64,000 nucleotides of DNA from the NCBI GenBank assembly GCA_951406725.2, contig OX597828.1, forward strand, positions 45,260,001-45,324,000, read 5' to 3'. Origin of the DNA: Octopus vulgaris (Eukaryota). Shown here piece by piece: positions 1 through 12,231 of this stretch. The position numbers and the translations under genes are program-made. The notes under the pieces are model-generated. The model did no database searches. It had not been told where the DNA came from and saw only the letters and a program-made list of their open reading frames with translations. Each line of letters starts with the position of its first letter. The stretch's first letter is position 1.

Positions 1-426
1 TTCCGAGATAGGACGGTAGGACGGGTGGAGTGTATTGTATAGAAGATTTTTAACAAATTTTCCAGGGTTTACTAAATACACGAGAACAAACACTTTTACT
101 TCTCACTTTTAAGCAATTTGACTTGAAGGGTAGATGTGTGTGTGTGCATGTCTGTGTGAATGGCTGTATGTGTCTATGTGAGTGTGTATGTATGTATGTA
201 TGTGTATGTATGTGAAGCAGTCTTGACAATCGGGAGGTAAAAATGCATGGGATGGGGGAAAGAGAGTGGGTGCATATATGTGTACAATGCATGTGCATAT
301 ATATATGTGTGTGTATGTGTGTGTGTATGTATACATGCACACATAGATAGACAGATGGACTGATAGATAGATAGATAGAAAGATAGATAGATAGATAAAT
401 AGATAGATAGATAAATAGATAGATAA

Positions 427-481
<55 letters not shown>

Positions 482-569
482 CAGATACCCAGAAAGCGAA
501 AAAGGTAAAAGTATATATATATATATATACATATGTATATGTATGTAGATATATATATGCATATATATA

Positions 570-600
<31 letters not shown>

Positions 601-619
601 GCATATATATATATATATA

Positions 620-666
<47 letters not shown>

Positions 667-685
667 ATGTATATATATATGTATA

Positions 686-716
<31 letters not shown>

Positions 717-1368
717 TACATATACATATAAATATATATGCATAGATATAAATATATATGTGTGTGTGTGTCTCTCTCTCTCTCTATATATATATATATG
801 CTATGAATTAGAGGTTATTCAACTGTCTAAGGGATAAATGTATCCATAGGCACTGCTGGTGAGTGTATTACCTCACTATGTATAGGCCTTGCTGTAAGGT
901 TAATAGTAATTGGTAATTTAAAAGGTAAACCATGGTTTAATATATTCAGGTAAGAGAAATGTAGCAACACGTAACAATTAGAAGTAGGTCATTAGTATTG
1001 AATGATCATATCTATATCTATATGTATGCATGTGTGTATATAAGCCCAAACGCAAACCTATAAGTATGTATATAGCACAGGGCGAAATCTGAAGGGGGAT
1101 GGGCGTTATACTGTACACTATTTCATTCTTAACAGAATATACTGTAACAATATACATGTGCAAGTATGACTGTGTGGTAAGAAGCTTACTTCCCAACCAC
1201 ATGGTTCCAGGTTCAGTACCATTGTATGGCACCTTGAGCAAGTGTCTTCTAATATAGACTGAGGTCAACCAATGCCATGTGAATGGATGTGAAACATGCA
1301 AACTGGAAGAAACCCATTGTATATAAATATATATATGTATGTATATATTTGTATTATGCATATACACA

Positions 1369-1412
<44 letters not shown>

Positions 1413-1618
1413 TGTGAAATAGAAAGATGAATAATCTTGTAGCAGATTAATCAAAGGTTTAACCGATACCTTGGTAGCAAAAATCACAGCAGAAGACAGC
1501 ACGGTTGGAGGTACAACCATATGGTGTTGCAACCGTGCGTTGGTGCGGATAATTGAATTTAAATATTATTGGTGAATTGAAGAAATGGAGCTGAACGAAG
1601 ATTGAACAGAAATCGTTT

Positions 1619-1712
1619 TATTTCATTCTACACGTGTTTCGAAAGGCACAATTTACCAAAATCCGATTGAATAATGAGACCATATTGTGTCTTTCTCTTC
1701 AGGAAGAAAATA
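1619..1712 (-). ncRNA. Type I hammerhead ribozyme (mirror copy in left palindrome arm)
   Basis: Reverse complement of the 1819-1911 motif. Confidence 0.78.
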
Positions 1713-1818
1713 GGAAATCCGTTGGAAAAAACAAAAACAGAACAGAGGCGGAGCAAAACAAATCGAACTAGGCTCCTAAGAACCTCTGTTCTGTTTTTGT
1801 TTTTTCCAACGGATTTCC

Positions 1819-1911
1819 TATTTCTTCCTGAAGAGAAAGACACAATATGGTCTCATTATTCAATCGGATTTTGGTAAATTGTGCCTTTCGAAACACGTGT
1901 AGAATGAAATA
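1819..1911 (+). ncRNA. Type I hammerhead ribozyme (candidate, intact core)
   Basis: Stem I tatttc-ttc/gaa-t-gaaata; CTGAAGA 1828-1834; long stem II gaaagacacaat...attgtgcctttc closed by G-C; GAAAC 1890-1894; palindromic stem III region ACACGTGT; GTA cleavage triplet 1899-1901. Confidence 0.8.
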
Positions 1912-2185
1912 AAACGATTTCTGTTCAATCTTCGTTCAGCTCCATTTCTTCAATTCACCAATTATATATATATATATATGTTTGTTTATCCACCACACAA
2001 CATCACTTGACAACTGATGCTGGTGTTTTTATGTCACCCTAACTTAGCGGTTTGGCAAAAGAGACCGATAGAATAAATACTAGGCTTACAAAGAATAAGG
2101 CCTGGGTTAATTTCTTCGACTAACACCCTTTACTGAAACAAGTAAAAGAATAAAAGAACACACACACATTTATATATATATATAC

Positions 2186-2265
<80 letters not shown>

Positions 2266-2486
2266 GTAGATGGATGGATGGATATATTATGGAATAAACG
2301 GAACAGGAGACACTTAAGATGGAGAGTTACCGAAGAGATCACAGGGTATGTGATGAAAGTTTACTTGGTAAAAGAAAATGACTATTCCAAAACATATCAA
2401 TACATGTATATATATATATGTATGTATATATATATATATATATATATATACATACATATATATTTATATACATGTATATATACATG

Positions 2487-2539
<53 letters not shown>

Positions 2540-2589
2540 ATATATATATATATATATAACGCCAATATATATATATATATATAACTTGC

Positions 2590-2742
2590 TAATGCCAACC
2601 ACGGAGTGGTTGGCGTTAGAAGGGCATCCAGCCGTAGAAACACTGCCAGATCTGACTGGGCCTGACGAAGCCTTCCAGCTTCACAGACCCCAGTTGAACC
2701 GTACAACCCATGCTAGCATGGAAAGCGGACGCTAAATGATGA
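2590..2742 (+). mobile_element. Family B (RTE-type 3' tail element) fragment
   Basis: ggagtggttggcgttagaagggcatccagccgtagaaac...caacccatgctagcatggaaagcggacgctaaatgatgat; same family at 7168, 7458, 16178, 28020, 33605, 36795, 45310 and 53451. Confidence 0.75.
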
Positions 2743-3342
2743 TATATATATATATATATACGTATATATATATATATATATTTATATATATAAGCATGAA
2801 TAAATGCATGTGCCTAAGTATGTATATTGGTGCATACATGTATGTATATACATACATGCAAATGAAAGATCAGAAGATTAATTTTAAGTTTCCAGGAATT
2901 GGTATTTCCTGTAGCATTGTGCACACTGGCACACAAATTCACGTTCACAGAGATTACATGAAGACAGAAGTGGTTTGTTATACAAGTGTTATATAATATC
3001 ATATGTTTTGTATATATATATATATATATACACACACTTATACATATATACATACATACATATATATATATTGCTTCTCAACAGGCACTTCACTTAGTGT
3101 GCAAGCCTACTTGATGCTATCGTCTATGTATATGTATGTGCCTGTGTATATGTATATATATATGTATATATATATATATATATATATGTGTATATATGTT
3201 GATATTTATATATATCTGTGTGTATGTACATATTTATATATACTATATGTATGTATACACACACACACCTATACATACACACGCTATATATACGTACACA
3301 TATACATGTTCATATGTAAATATATATATACATGCATGCATT

Positions 3343-3379
<37 letters not shown>

Positions 3380-4046
3380 GCGCATATAAAGGGGGGTATA
3401 CATCCATGTACTTCTGAGTGAGTGTGCAATTAGATGAAGATGCCATTAAGCTATCAAATGTTTTCTTTGATCTTTTCTCTAGAACAAGCATCATCATCAT
3501 CATCATCATCATCAACAAGTAGCAGTAGCAGCAGCAGCAGCAGTTGAAGCAACAGCACTGGCACCAGCACCTCCACCACCTCCATCACCACCACCACTCT
3601 CTCTGCTGTTGCCAGCACCAACCCCGGCACCGCTTTCATCACCGAGATTGTCATTGTAATATTATTGAATGGAGTCAGTCGCCATGTAATTCTTTATTGT
3701 TGATGACAAGTGTATGTGTGCAGACGCATACGCTATACATATATGCATATAAATACATCTATACATACACACACACACACACACACACACATATGTATAT
3801 ATATCATCCCTGGAACATCCTCACTTTCATGCAAAAATGGGAGAATGGATCTACATATATATATACTTATAACACCAGAACATAATCTCTTATGGATAAG
3901 AATAAGTATATATTTGAGTAAAGGACTTGATAAAGATCTGTTGAGATGTAATAAGTGCAGAAAATACACAACACTCACATTATCATTATTTCTCTCTCTC
4001 TCTCTCACTATACATACACATGCGTGTGTGTATATATATGTGTATG

Positions 4047-4079
<33 letters not shown>

Positions 4080-4929
4080 GTAGGTATATATGTATGTATG
4101 TATGTATGTATGCATATATATGTGTGTATGTATATATATATATATGTATACACATACATACCTATACACTGTAACAGCAATGGAAGTGTAACTAACACTA
4201 GAATTAGAAACATATCAATATACAAACACAGCATTGACACTTTACACATAGATAAACACATACACTTAAAAAAACCCATGCACACATATAGATAGATAGA
4301 TAGATTGATAGATAGATAGATAGATAGATAAATAGATAGAAACCATCAAGATCTCAGGTCAAGAGCTGATGAAGGGTGTATCAAAGAGTTAAAGCATTTA
4401 TGCTTATATAAAAAAGATCACTGGGTACTTTAGTTGAAGTGTATACTTATTTAGAAATATTTGCTGATTCAGTACCGTAACCTTCAGGATTTAACACATA
4501 CCAAATATTTATGAGACCAAGCAAAATATATTTAGCAGTGTTTCACATTATCTATCTATCTGTGGTCTTTTCCATAGGCTTTTCTTTCCACAGGTAAACC
4601 TCACCTGTCCTCCCCTTTACACTTCATATTGACATTTCTGTGATAACGATCCCTATTGATCAATTTCTCTTTCCTTTCCCTATCCACCCCATTTTTAAAA
4701 AAAAATTTTATTCCCCCTTTTTTTGTCCTCTTTCTTTCCTTTTACGATCCCCTTTGATCGAAAACCAAACCCCCCTTTTTTTTACCCCCAAAAGAAAAGC
4801 TCTACCTTGTAATTTGTCCTGCCTGTGTGCAGCCCTGTGTGTAATAAAGAAACATATCTATCCATCTATCTATCTATCTATCTATCTATCCATCTATCTA
4901 TCTATCTGTCTATCTGTCTAAATCTATCT

Positions 4930-4969
<40 letters not shown>

Positions 4970-4970
4970 A

Positions 4971-5036
<66 letters not shown>

Positions 5037-5037
5037 G

Positions 5038-5082
<45 letters not shown>

Positions 5083-5091
5083 GTCTATCTG

Positions 5092-5140
<49 letters not shown>

Positions 5141-5460
5141 TTATCTATCTTGATGGTTTCGACATCTTCAGAAAACACCACTCTTGCCAGCTCAGTGGGG
5201 TGGAACAAGATTGAAGCCACCACTGAATAAACATTCACAGGTGGCTTGTTTTCACTCAGACCGTGGCATATTTTCCCTTCCATAATCCATGCAGCCACCA
5301 TACTGATCATGGTAAAGATATAACCGCTCCAGTCATGTAGCTTCTATTTTATTTTACTGTTCACCAAGGATTTATTATTTGCACTTAGCTTTGGTGTTCT
5401 CTCTTATGTCTACCAAATCAATGATGATGCATTTCCTGCTTCCCATTCTGTCATTTCACA

Positions 5461-5502
<42 letters not shown>

Positions 5503-5513
5503 CACATACATAT

Positions 5514-5572
<59 letters not shown>

Positions 5573-6734
5573 AGTATGTATGTGAGTATGTATGTATCTT
5601 TTTATATGTGTGTATATATATGTATGTATATATATATGTATATATATGTATATATATATGTATATATATATATGTGTGTGTATATATATACATATATATA
5701 TACACATATACATAAACACATATACATATATATATATGATATATATATATGTATATGTATATATTATTTATATGTGTGCATGGACATATGTGTATATATG
5801 TGTGTATACGTAGATATGTGTTGATATATATTACACATATACACATGTTATATATATATATATATACATGTATATAAACATATGTGTATGTATGTGTGCA
5901 TATATATATATAACTAACTATTCCATATATATATATATACATACATATATATAAATGTATGTGTGAATACATCTGTACCTGCATATATATATACATACTT
6001 ACATGCAAACATTCAGTTATGCATATACACACACATCTATGCGTAGATATATACACACATATGTATAAGTGGTTGTGTAAAGGAGACATAGATGGAGACA
6101 GAGAATGGTGATGAAAACTTGACATCAAGTAGTCAGAAAAAATAACACAGCCGTATAAGCTATAAAAAAAAACATATCTCTATATATTGATGAGACAGGT
6201 ATTGATCTATACGTGTGTAACTAGGAAGGTAAGTACTTAGTTAGGCTGCTAGTTTGATATGGATGTAGGTAGGTAGTTAATGTGCCATACAGGTAGGTCG
6301 GTAGATAATAAGCGAGTTAGGCAGGTAAGTGGTTAGTGAGTAGAAAGCTAGTTAAGTCGCTAGTTAGGAAGTTAAGTGGATTTGTAGATAGGTATGCAGT
6401 TATGTTGCGATGTAGTTAGTGCGTTAAGCAGGGCTGGTGTTATGTACTAAGAAAACTAACAGATCACCTGGGGTGTTGAAATCTAGTGTTGTAGTATAGG
6501 CCTTACCGATAACTTAGACAAACTTTCTTTATCCAATTAAGAATATGTAAACTTAGTATTAAAGGGATCAGGAGAAGTTATTCATGGAACAAAGAGGAGT
6601 GGAGGACATGGCTGGATGTGATTAGGGATTTGTCATATGATTTACTGGGAAATATCACAAATGTTTGCATAACTACAGTCTTACTTAAGTATGATGCATT
6701 ATCATAAAATTATATCTTTCCTCATTATCTTTCA

Positions 6735-6890
6735 TCTTTTGCTTGTTTCAGTCATTGGAGTGTGGCCATGCTGGAGCAACGTCTTGAAGAATTTGTAATC
6801 CATTAAGTTATGGGGATGTAAACATACCAACGCCAGTCGTCAAGTGATGGTCGGAAAACAAACACAGACACTAAGATACACACATACATA
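6735..6890 (-). mobile_element. SINE family A, 3' fragment
   Basis: cttgtttcagtcatt...ggccatgctggagca matches the reverse complement of the family A tail. Confidence 0.7.
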
Positions 6891-6914
6891 AAAACACACA
6901 CTATATACATACTA

Positions 6915-7145
6915 TATTCCGAATGTAACTACACGTTGACGGTTGGCGATTTTGCTCCTCCTTCTCCCTTCTTTCCCTTCAAACTTCTCCATTTTTCCTT
7001 TTTCTGAAGAAGTGCTTTGCTCGAAACGTAAAACAACTACTCTCTTCCTTCTCCGAGCATCGTATTAATACATTGCTTGTGCTATGTTTTCACATTTGTT
7101 TTTTTTTTTCCCTTGTTTCTTTTCTCTGTCTTTTGAATTGACTAT
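6915..7145 (+). mobile_element. PLE-LTR-like fragment with minimal hammerhead motif
   Basis: CTGAAGA-agtgctttgctc-GAAACGTA at 7004-7030; pyrimidine-rich flanks; ends in (TA)n; homologous to minus-strand copies at ~15560-15720 and ~42860-43075. Confidence 0.7.
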
Positions 7146-7167
7146 ATATATATATATGTTTATATAT

Positions 7168-7800
7168 CATCATCATCATTTAACGTCCATTGTCTATGCT
7201 GGCATGGTTTGGACGATTTGACCAGTGCTGGTAAGCTGGAAGGTGGCACCAGAATCCAGTCTCATTTGGCATGGTTTCTAAGGCTGGGTGCCCTTCCTTA
7301 CACCAACCACTCAGAGTGTAATGGCTACTTTTACGTGACACCAGAATCTGTCATGACTGTGACATAATGCCAAAGGCTTTAGTCATTGCCCCTGTGTGGC
7401 CCAAACCTCAAAAGGAGCTCGGCTACTTTGTCTCCATATATATATATATATATATACCATCATCATCATCATCATCATCGTTTAACGTCTGTTTTCCATG
7501 CTAGCAAAGGTTGGACAGTTCAACCGGGGTCTGAGAAGCCAAGAGGCTGCACCAAGCTCCAATCTGATCTGGCAGTGTTTCTACAGCTGGATGCCCTTCC
7601 TAACGCCAATCAGTCCATGAGTATAGTGGGGGATTTTTACATGCCAAGTAAGGCTGGCAACGGCCACAATCAGTTGGTGGTTTTTACGTGCCACTGTCAT
7701 GGAAGCCAGTCAAGGCGGCACTGGCATTGGCCACATTCGGATGGTGCTTTTTACGTGCCACTGGCACAGTTATCACAATTACAATTTCCCTTTGATGTTT
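7168..7800 (-). mobile_element. Two adjacent family B copies (7168-7345, 7458-7800)
   Basis: Both start (cat)n-tttaacgtc...catgct and contain gg(a/g)tgcccttcct...ccaa. Confidence 0.8.
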
Positions 7801-8840
7801 AAAAAAACTAGTTTTATAAAAACTTCATTCAAGCTTCCTATTTCGTTTTTTCACGCATTCCCTTATGTAGGTTGAACTATGTAAAATGTCAGAGAAAAAA
7901 CCTGGCTATTTCTTGTCTATAGATCCCTTTGATAACTATTTTATTCTGGTGGACCCCAACAGCCATTCAATGTTTACAGACTAGTTTTATAGAAACTTCT
8001 TTCAGAATTCTTATTTTATTTTTCAGATATTATAGGCACAGGAGTGGCTGTTTGGTAAGTAGCTTGCTTTCCAACCACATGGTTCCTCGTTCAGTCCCAC
8101 TACATGGCACCTTAGGTGAGTGTCTTCTACTATAGCCTCTGGTCGACCAAAGCCTTGTGAGTGGATGTGGTACACGGAAACTGAAAGAATCCCATCGTAT
8201 ATATGTATATGTGTGTGTGTTTGTGCATTTGTGTTTGTCCCCGCAACATCGCTTGACAACAGATGCTGGTGTGTTTATGTCCCCGTAACTTAGCGGTTCT
8301 GCAAAAGAGACCGATAGAATAAGTACTAGGCTTACAAAGAATAAGTCCTGGGGTCGATCTGCTCGACTAAAGGCGGTGCTCCAGCATGGCCACAGTCAAA
8401 TGAGTGAAACAAGTAAAAAAAAGATGTAAAGATATTAACTTGTGTAGATTCAACTATGTAAAATGCTAGAGAAAGAAACTTAGCTGTTTCTTGCAATACA
8501 TACCAATACACACAACTAAACCAGGGATACTCAACCATTTCTTATGAATGGATCCTTTTGATAACGAAATTATTGTGGTGGAGCCCTATAGCCATTTGAT
8601 GCTTAAAAAACTAGTTTTATAAAAACTTCTTTCAAACTTCTTTTTGTATTGCTTTGGTTAAACTATGTAAAATGCTAGAAAAAGAAATCTAGCCCTTTCT
8701 TGCAATACATACCAATACATACATGTAAAGCAAAACCTTTTTCAGGGCCCCCAAAAATTACTGTTGTGGATCCCAAATTTACTATTTTGTTTCATGGACC
8801 CTAAAAATCTTATACGGACCCTGGTTGAGAACTACTATTC
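7800..8840. mobile_element. Probable non-autonomous hAT/Charlie-like element with internal ~180-210-bp tandem units, interrupted by a SINE
   Basis: Three recurrences of actagttttata(a/g)aaacttc...aactatgtaaaatg (7807, 7980, 8610). The right end ggttgagaactact resembles the reverse complement of a CAGTGGTTCTCAACC-type TIR. Left TIR not found. Confidence 0.5.
8034..8422 (+). mobile_element. SINE family A, full length
   Basis: aggcacaggagtggctg...A/B-box-like head, CORE-like ggcaccttaggtgagtgtcttc, internal (TA)(TG) tract, tail gaaacaagtaaaa. Confidence 0.9.
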
Positions 8841-8984
8841 TAACCCATGGATTTGTTTGGGTAATCATTGCTGGTGAGGGTTTTTATGAGGTCAGAGTGC
8901 AGATCCACCCGCGACCTCTTTTAGTTACCTTTAATGATACATAGAACTAATGTTGGATGTATATTTTGGCTTGCTGGTCCCCAC

Positions 8985-9112
8985 ACAACACTAGAGCAAT
9001 GTTAAGTGAAGTGTTTTGATCAAGAACAAAATACGCCGCCTAGTCTTGGAATTGAACCCATGATATGGCGACCATGAGTGCAACACTCTAACCACTGGGT
9101 CAGGTGCTTTCA
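8985..9112 (-). mobile_element. SINE family E (tRNA-derived) degenerate copy
   Basis: Reverse complement gives cccagtggttagagtgttgcactc...ggttcaattccaagac...tgttcttgatcaaaacacttcac, similar to 44610 and 61640. Confidence 0.6.
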
Positions 9113-9657
9113 CAAAATAAATGAACAGTGAATTGAAAAGATTTTTGTTTTAGCATGTTTTTGGTTGGTTAAATGTCTTTCCCATGATGTAATGAGTTCT
9201 GCTTCCAAATATGACCTCCTCCAATGACGTCACTTGCCAGACAAGTACGACTCTGGCAATGATGTAATGTTTGTCAGAAAGAAACTAACAAACAAACAAC
9301 GAAAACAAACAACGAAAACAAAAAGTCCAATGATGAGATAACACCTCAATATAGATCTGGTATTAATGGCACAGAGATACTAACGAGTAACTTATTAATT
9401 GTTTGTGTGTTGCTGCCATTGTTATAATTAATTGTAGAGCTGGCAGTTGTAGTGGTGGGGGTGGTGGAGGTGGAGGTGGAGGCAGATGTAGTGGTTTGGG
9501 TGGTGGTGATGGTGGTGGTGATGGTGGTGGTGATGGTGGTAGAGGTGGTGGTAGTAGTGGTGATAGTGGTGGAAGTGTTGGTGGTAGTGGTGGTGATGGT
9601 GACAGTATCAACATGAGAGCTATTGTTCGCATTTCTATTGTAGCACAAGTAGTAATA

Positions 9658-9705
<48 letters not shown>

Positions 9706-9787
9706 CAGATAGTAATAAATAAGGGTTAATAGTAGTTACATTAGCTGCAGTAGTGGTAGCAGCAGCAACAGCAGCAGCAGTAGCAGC

Positions 9788-9826
<39 letters not shown>

Positions 9827-10348
9827 TTTAACAATAGTAGTGGTCGTAGTGGTGACAGCTGCAGCTCAACATTAGAAGTAGTAGTATATTAGTAGTAGTA
9901 GCAGTAGTAGTAGTAGCAGATATATTTGGAGTAGTAGTAGGTACTTTAGGCAAGGTGTGGTGAAATCAAACGACTAATTAGTCATTGATCGCTTTTGATG
10001 TTGCTGTGATTGTTGTTCTTGTTTTCCAGTGTCTGTTTCTACCTTTTTTTATTATTATTATTATTGGCTGTTTGTTTGTTGATGATGAATACGTATCACA
10101 ACTTCACATGGCAGCCAAACGCCAACCCCACCCCAGCCTTATATAAAAGGAAATGGTAGAAAGACTTCTTCAAATATTATGTCGCCATCGTCGTCATCGT
10201 TGTCGTCGTCGTCATCATTGTCATCACCACCACTACCACTACTATCATCGTCGTCGTCGTCATTGTCATCATCAATATCATCATTAACATCATCACCATC
10301 ATCATCATCGTTGGACACACTGATTAAAAATTCTATTAATTCATTTGC

Positions 10349-10432
10349 GCAGCTGAGGATAGCCTTGCATTTAAATTGATATAATGATTGCATTATTCAA
10401 TTAAATGGAGCTGCTTGAAACGGTCGTACTGC
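10349..10432 (+). ncRNA. Type I hammerhead ribozyme-like motif with extended stem II
   Basis: Stem I gcag/ctgc; CTGAGGA 10353-10359; long AU-rich stem II (catttaaattga..taatg/catta..tcaattaaatg); GAAAC 10417-10421; stem III AC-ggtc-GT; GTA 10426-10428. The stem II closing pair is T/T, so it is likely decayed. Confidence 0.6.
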
Positions 10433-10548
10433 ATCACTTCTTGATACCCCATTGCTTATTTTGACAATACCTGCAACTGACTAAGTGCTTCAACTAAAGT
10501 ACCTAATTCATCTTTATATACTTGTATAACTGACGTATATATATGAGG

Positions 10549-10610
<62 letters not shown>

Positions 10611-10669
10611 TTGTATGTGTGTGCATGTGTATATATATATATATATCTGTGTGTGTGTGTATATGACTG

Positions 10670-10870
10670 TCTTTGTATCTGTTTGTCTCTGCTCCACTGC
10701 TTGTTTACATCCCCATAACTTAGCAGTTCAGCAAGAGACACCAACAGAATACGTACCGGGCTTAAAAAATAAAAAAAAAACTAAGTGCTGGGGTTGATTC
10801 TTTCAACAAGAATTTCTTCAAGGCATTGCCCCAGCATGGCCGCACTCAAATGACTGAACTAAGTAAAAGC
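10670..10870 (+). mobile_element. SINE family A, 3' half
   Basis: ccccataacttagcagttcagcaagagac...ccagcatggccgcactcaaatgactgaa. Confidence 0.75.
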
Positions 10871-10947
10871 TAAAAAGCTATCGTTATCTCCACCATCATT
10901 ATTATTATGATTATTATTATTATTGTTATTATTATTATTATTATTAC

Positions 10948-11385
10948 ACTTTCCTCTTTGGCCCAGGCCTCATCAACTTTTTCAAGTTTCACTTGAAAAG
11001 GAAGGTGAGAGTAGAGAGGGAAGTGCTGTCCGATAGCAAGTTTACTGAAAGATGGATAAATGTCGCAAGAATGGCCAGTGTGAAAGGAGCCATTCTGAAG
11101 ATACACCTGTAAGAAAAAGGTATTACAAAAGGATTACACAAGGAGAAAGGGGTTCTCCCTTTTGACCAGGCTCCCATGGCATTTATGGGTTTTTTCCACA
11201 AGAACCTTTCGAAGTGCCTCCCCCTATTGGGAGTTTTTCATTGTTATAATTTTTCGTTGTTACACTGTTTTCATACGGATTTTTACAAACGGACAAAACC
11301 CTTTGTAACTTTCGTCCTGTGTTTTGTCCCTTCATGTTATAATTAATTTTTGTCAGCCCTTGTGGCCTATAAAAGAATTAATTAT
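10948..11385 (+). mobile_element. 5'-truncated L1/Tx1-like LINE 3' end in (ATT)n
   Basis: Frame 10948-11112 reads TFLFGPGLINFFKFHLKRKVRVEREVLSDSKFTERWINVARM...HL*, resembling Tx1-clade ORF2 C-termini. It is followed by a 3' UTR ending tataaaaga and (att)n, with (att)n on both sides. Confidence 0.55.
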
Positions 11386-11421
11386 TATTAAACTTATTAT
11401 TATTATCATTATTATTACTAC

Positions 11422-11476
<55 letters not shown>

Positions 11477-11497
11477 GAGTGAGAGAGCAGTGCATGC

Positions 11498-11550
<53 letters not shown>

Positions 11551-11551
<1 letters not shown>

Positions 11552-11765
11552 GGCAGTGAACTGGCAGAACCAGTAGCATGCCGGGCAAAATACTTAATGG
11601 CATTTTGTCTGTTGCTACGTTCTGAGTTCAAATTCCACCGAAATCGTCTTTGCCTTTCATCCCTTCGGGGTCAATAGATTAAGTTCCCGTGAAACCCTAG
11701 GATCAATGTAATCGACTTACTCCCTCCCCACAAATCTGAGGCTTTGTGCATCTAGAAGAAAAGAC
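11551..11765 (+). mobile_element. SINE family C (Nin-domain-like)
   Basis: aggcagtgaactggcagaa...ttctgagttcaaattcc...ctttgcctttcatcccttcggggtcaat; other copies at ~22965, 27075-27780(-), 30170, 34530(-), 41640(-), 46974, 47252 and 47480(-). Confidence 0.8.
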
Positions 11766-11770
11766 TATTA

Positions 11771-12139
11771 TTACTTCTGCCTTAGCGAAGGTGGCAGTAT
11801 TGTTTTCAGTTGTGTTTGTTTGTTGTTTGACCGTAGACAAAATATCTCAAGAACCGTTGGATGGATTCGGATGAAACTTTCAGTGATATTTCACCTGGTG
11901 ACTGGCACAAACTGATTAGATTTTGGGATCGATCTGGTACCAGACAAGGATTCTGGATTATTTTTTCCTATTTTTTTAACTTAATTTTTGAAAGTGGTTT
12001 AGTTTATTTTTAGTATTCTTGCTTGAGAGCACTCGAGTTTATTTCAGATATTCTCATTTTGAAAATCATTTCCAACTAATCGTTTTGAGGATGCTAATAT
12101 TGCCTTGGCAGAGGTTTGTGCTCTCTGAGTGCTCTTGTT
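11771..12139 (+). mobile_element. Helentron-associated non-autonomous element (DINE-1/HINE-like)
   Basis: Subterminal inverted repeat acttctgcc / ggcagaggt, short (gttt)n tract, atatctcaagaaccg motif and 3' hairpin gtgctc-tct-gagtgc before ttgtt. A partial second copy is at 30015-30151. Confidence 0.7.
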
Positions 12140-12231
12140 GTTATTGTTGTAGTTGTTGTTGTTGTTGTTGTTGATAATGTTGTTGTTGTTGCTATTCTAA
12201 TTGTTATTATTATTATTGTTATTGTTATTAT

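Larger units (their letters stand above)
1568..1962. mobile_element. Penelope-like (PLE) LTR-derived palindrome, ~180-bp arms with 34-bp spacer
   Basis: 1568-1748 is the reverse complement of 1783-1962 apart from a 1-nt indel in an A/T run. It is flanked by (TA)n and each arm holds a hammerhead motif. PLE assignment is inferred from this architecture. Confidence 0.75.
1160..2160 (+). mobile_element. SINE family A copy (tRNA-like head, CORE-like domain), split by an insertion in its internal (TA)n tract
   Basis: 5' half (ctgtgtggtaagaagcttacttcccaaccacatggttccaggttcag...accttgagcaagtgtcttct) at ~1165-1325 and 3' half (acttgacaactgatgctggtg...gagaccgatagaataa...gaaacaagtaaaaga) at ~2000-2158 match the contiguous copies at 8034, 51584 and 57531. 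Confidence 0.85.

Noticed and set aside
8034-8110. tRNA genes at SINE heads (also 57531, 62477)
   Set aside because: Only A/B-box-like remnants with no cloverleaf; they continue into SINE bodies.
9225-9268. Short hairpin (ttgccaga/tctggcaa) as a pre-miRNA
   Set aside because: Stem too short, and no match to conserved miRNAs I recall.
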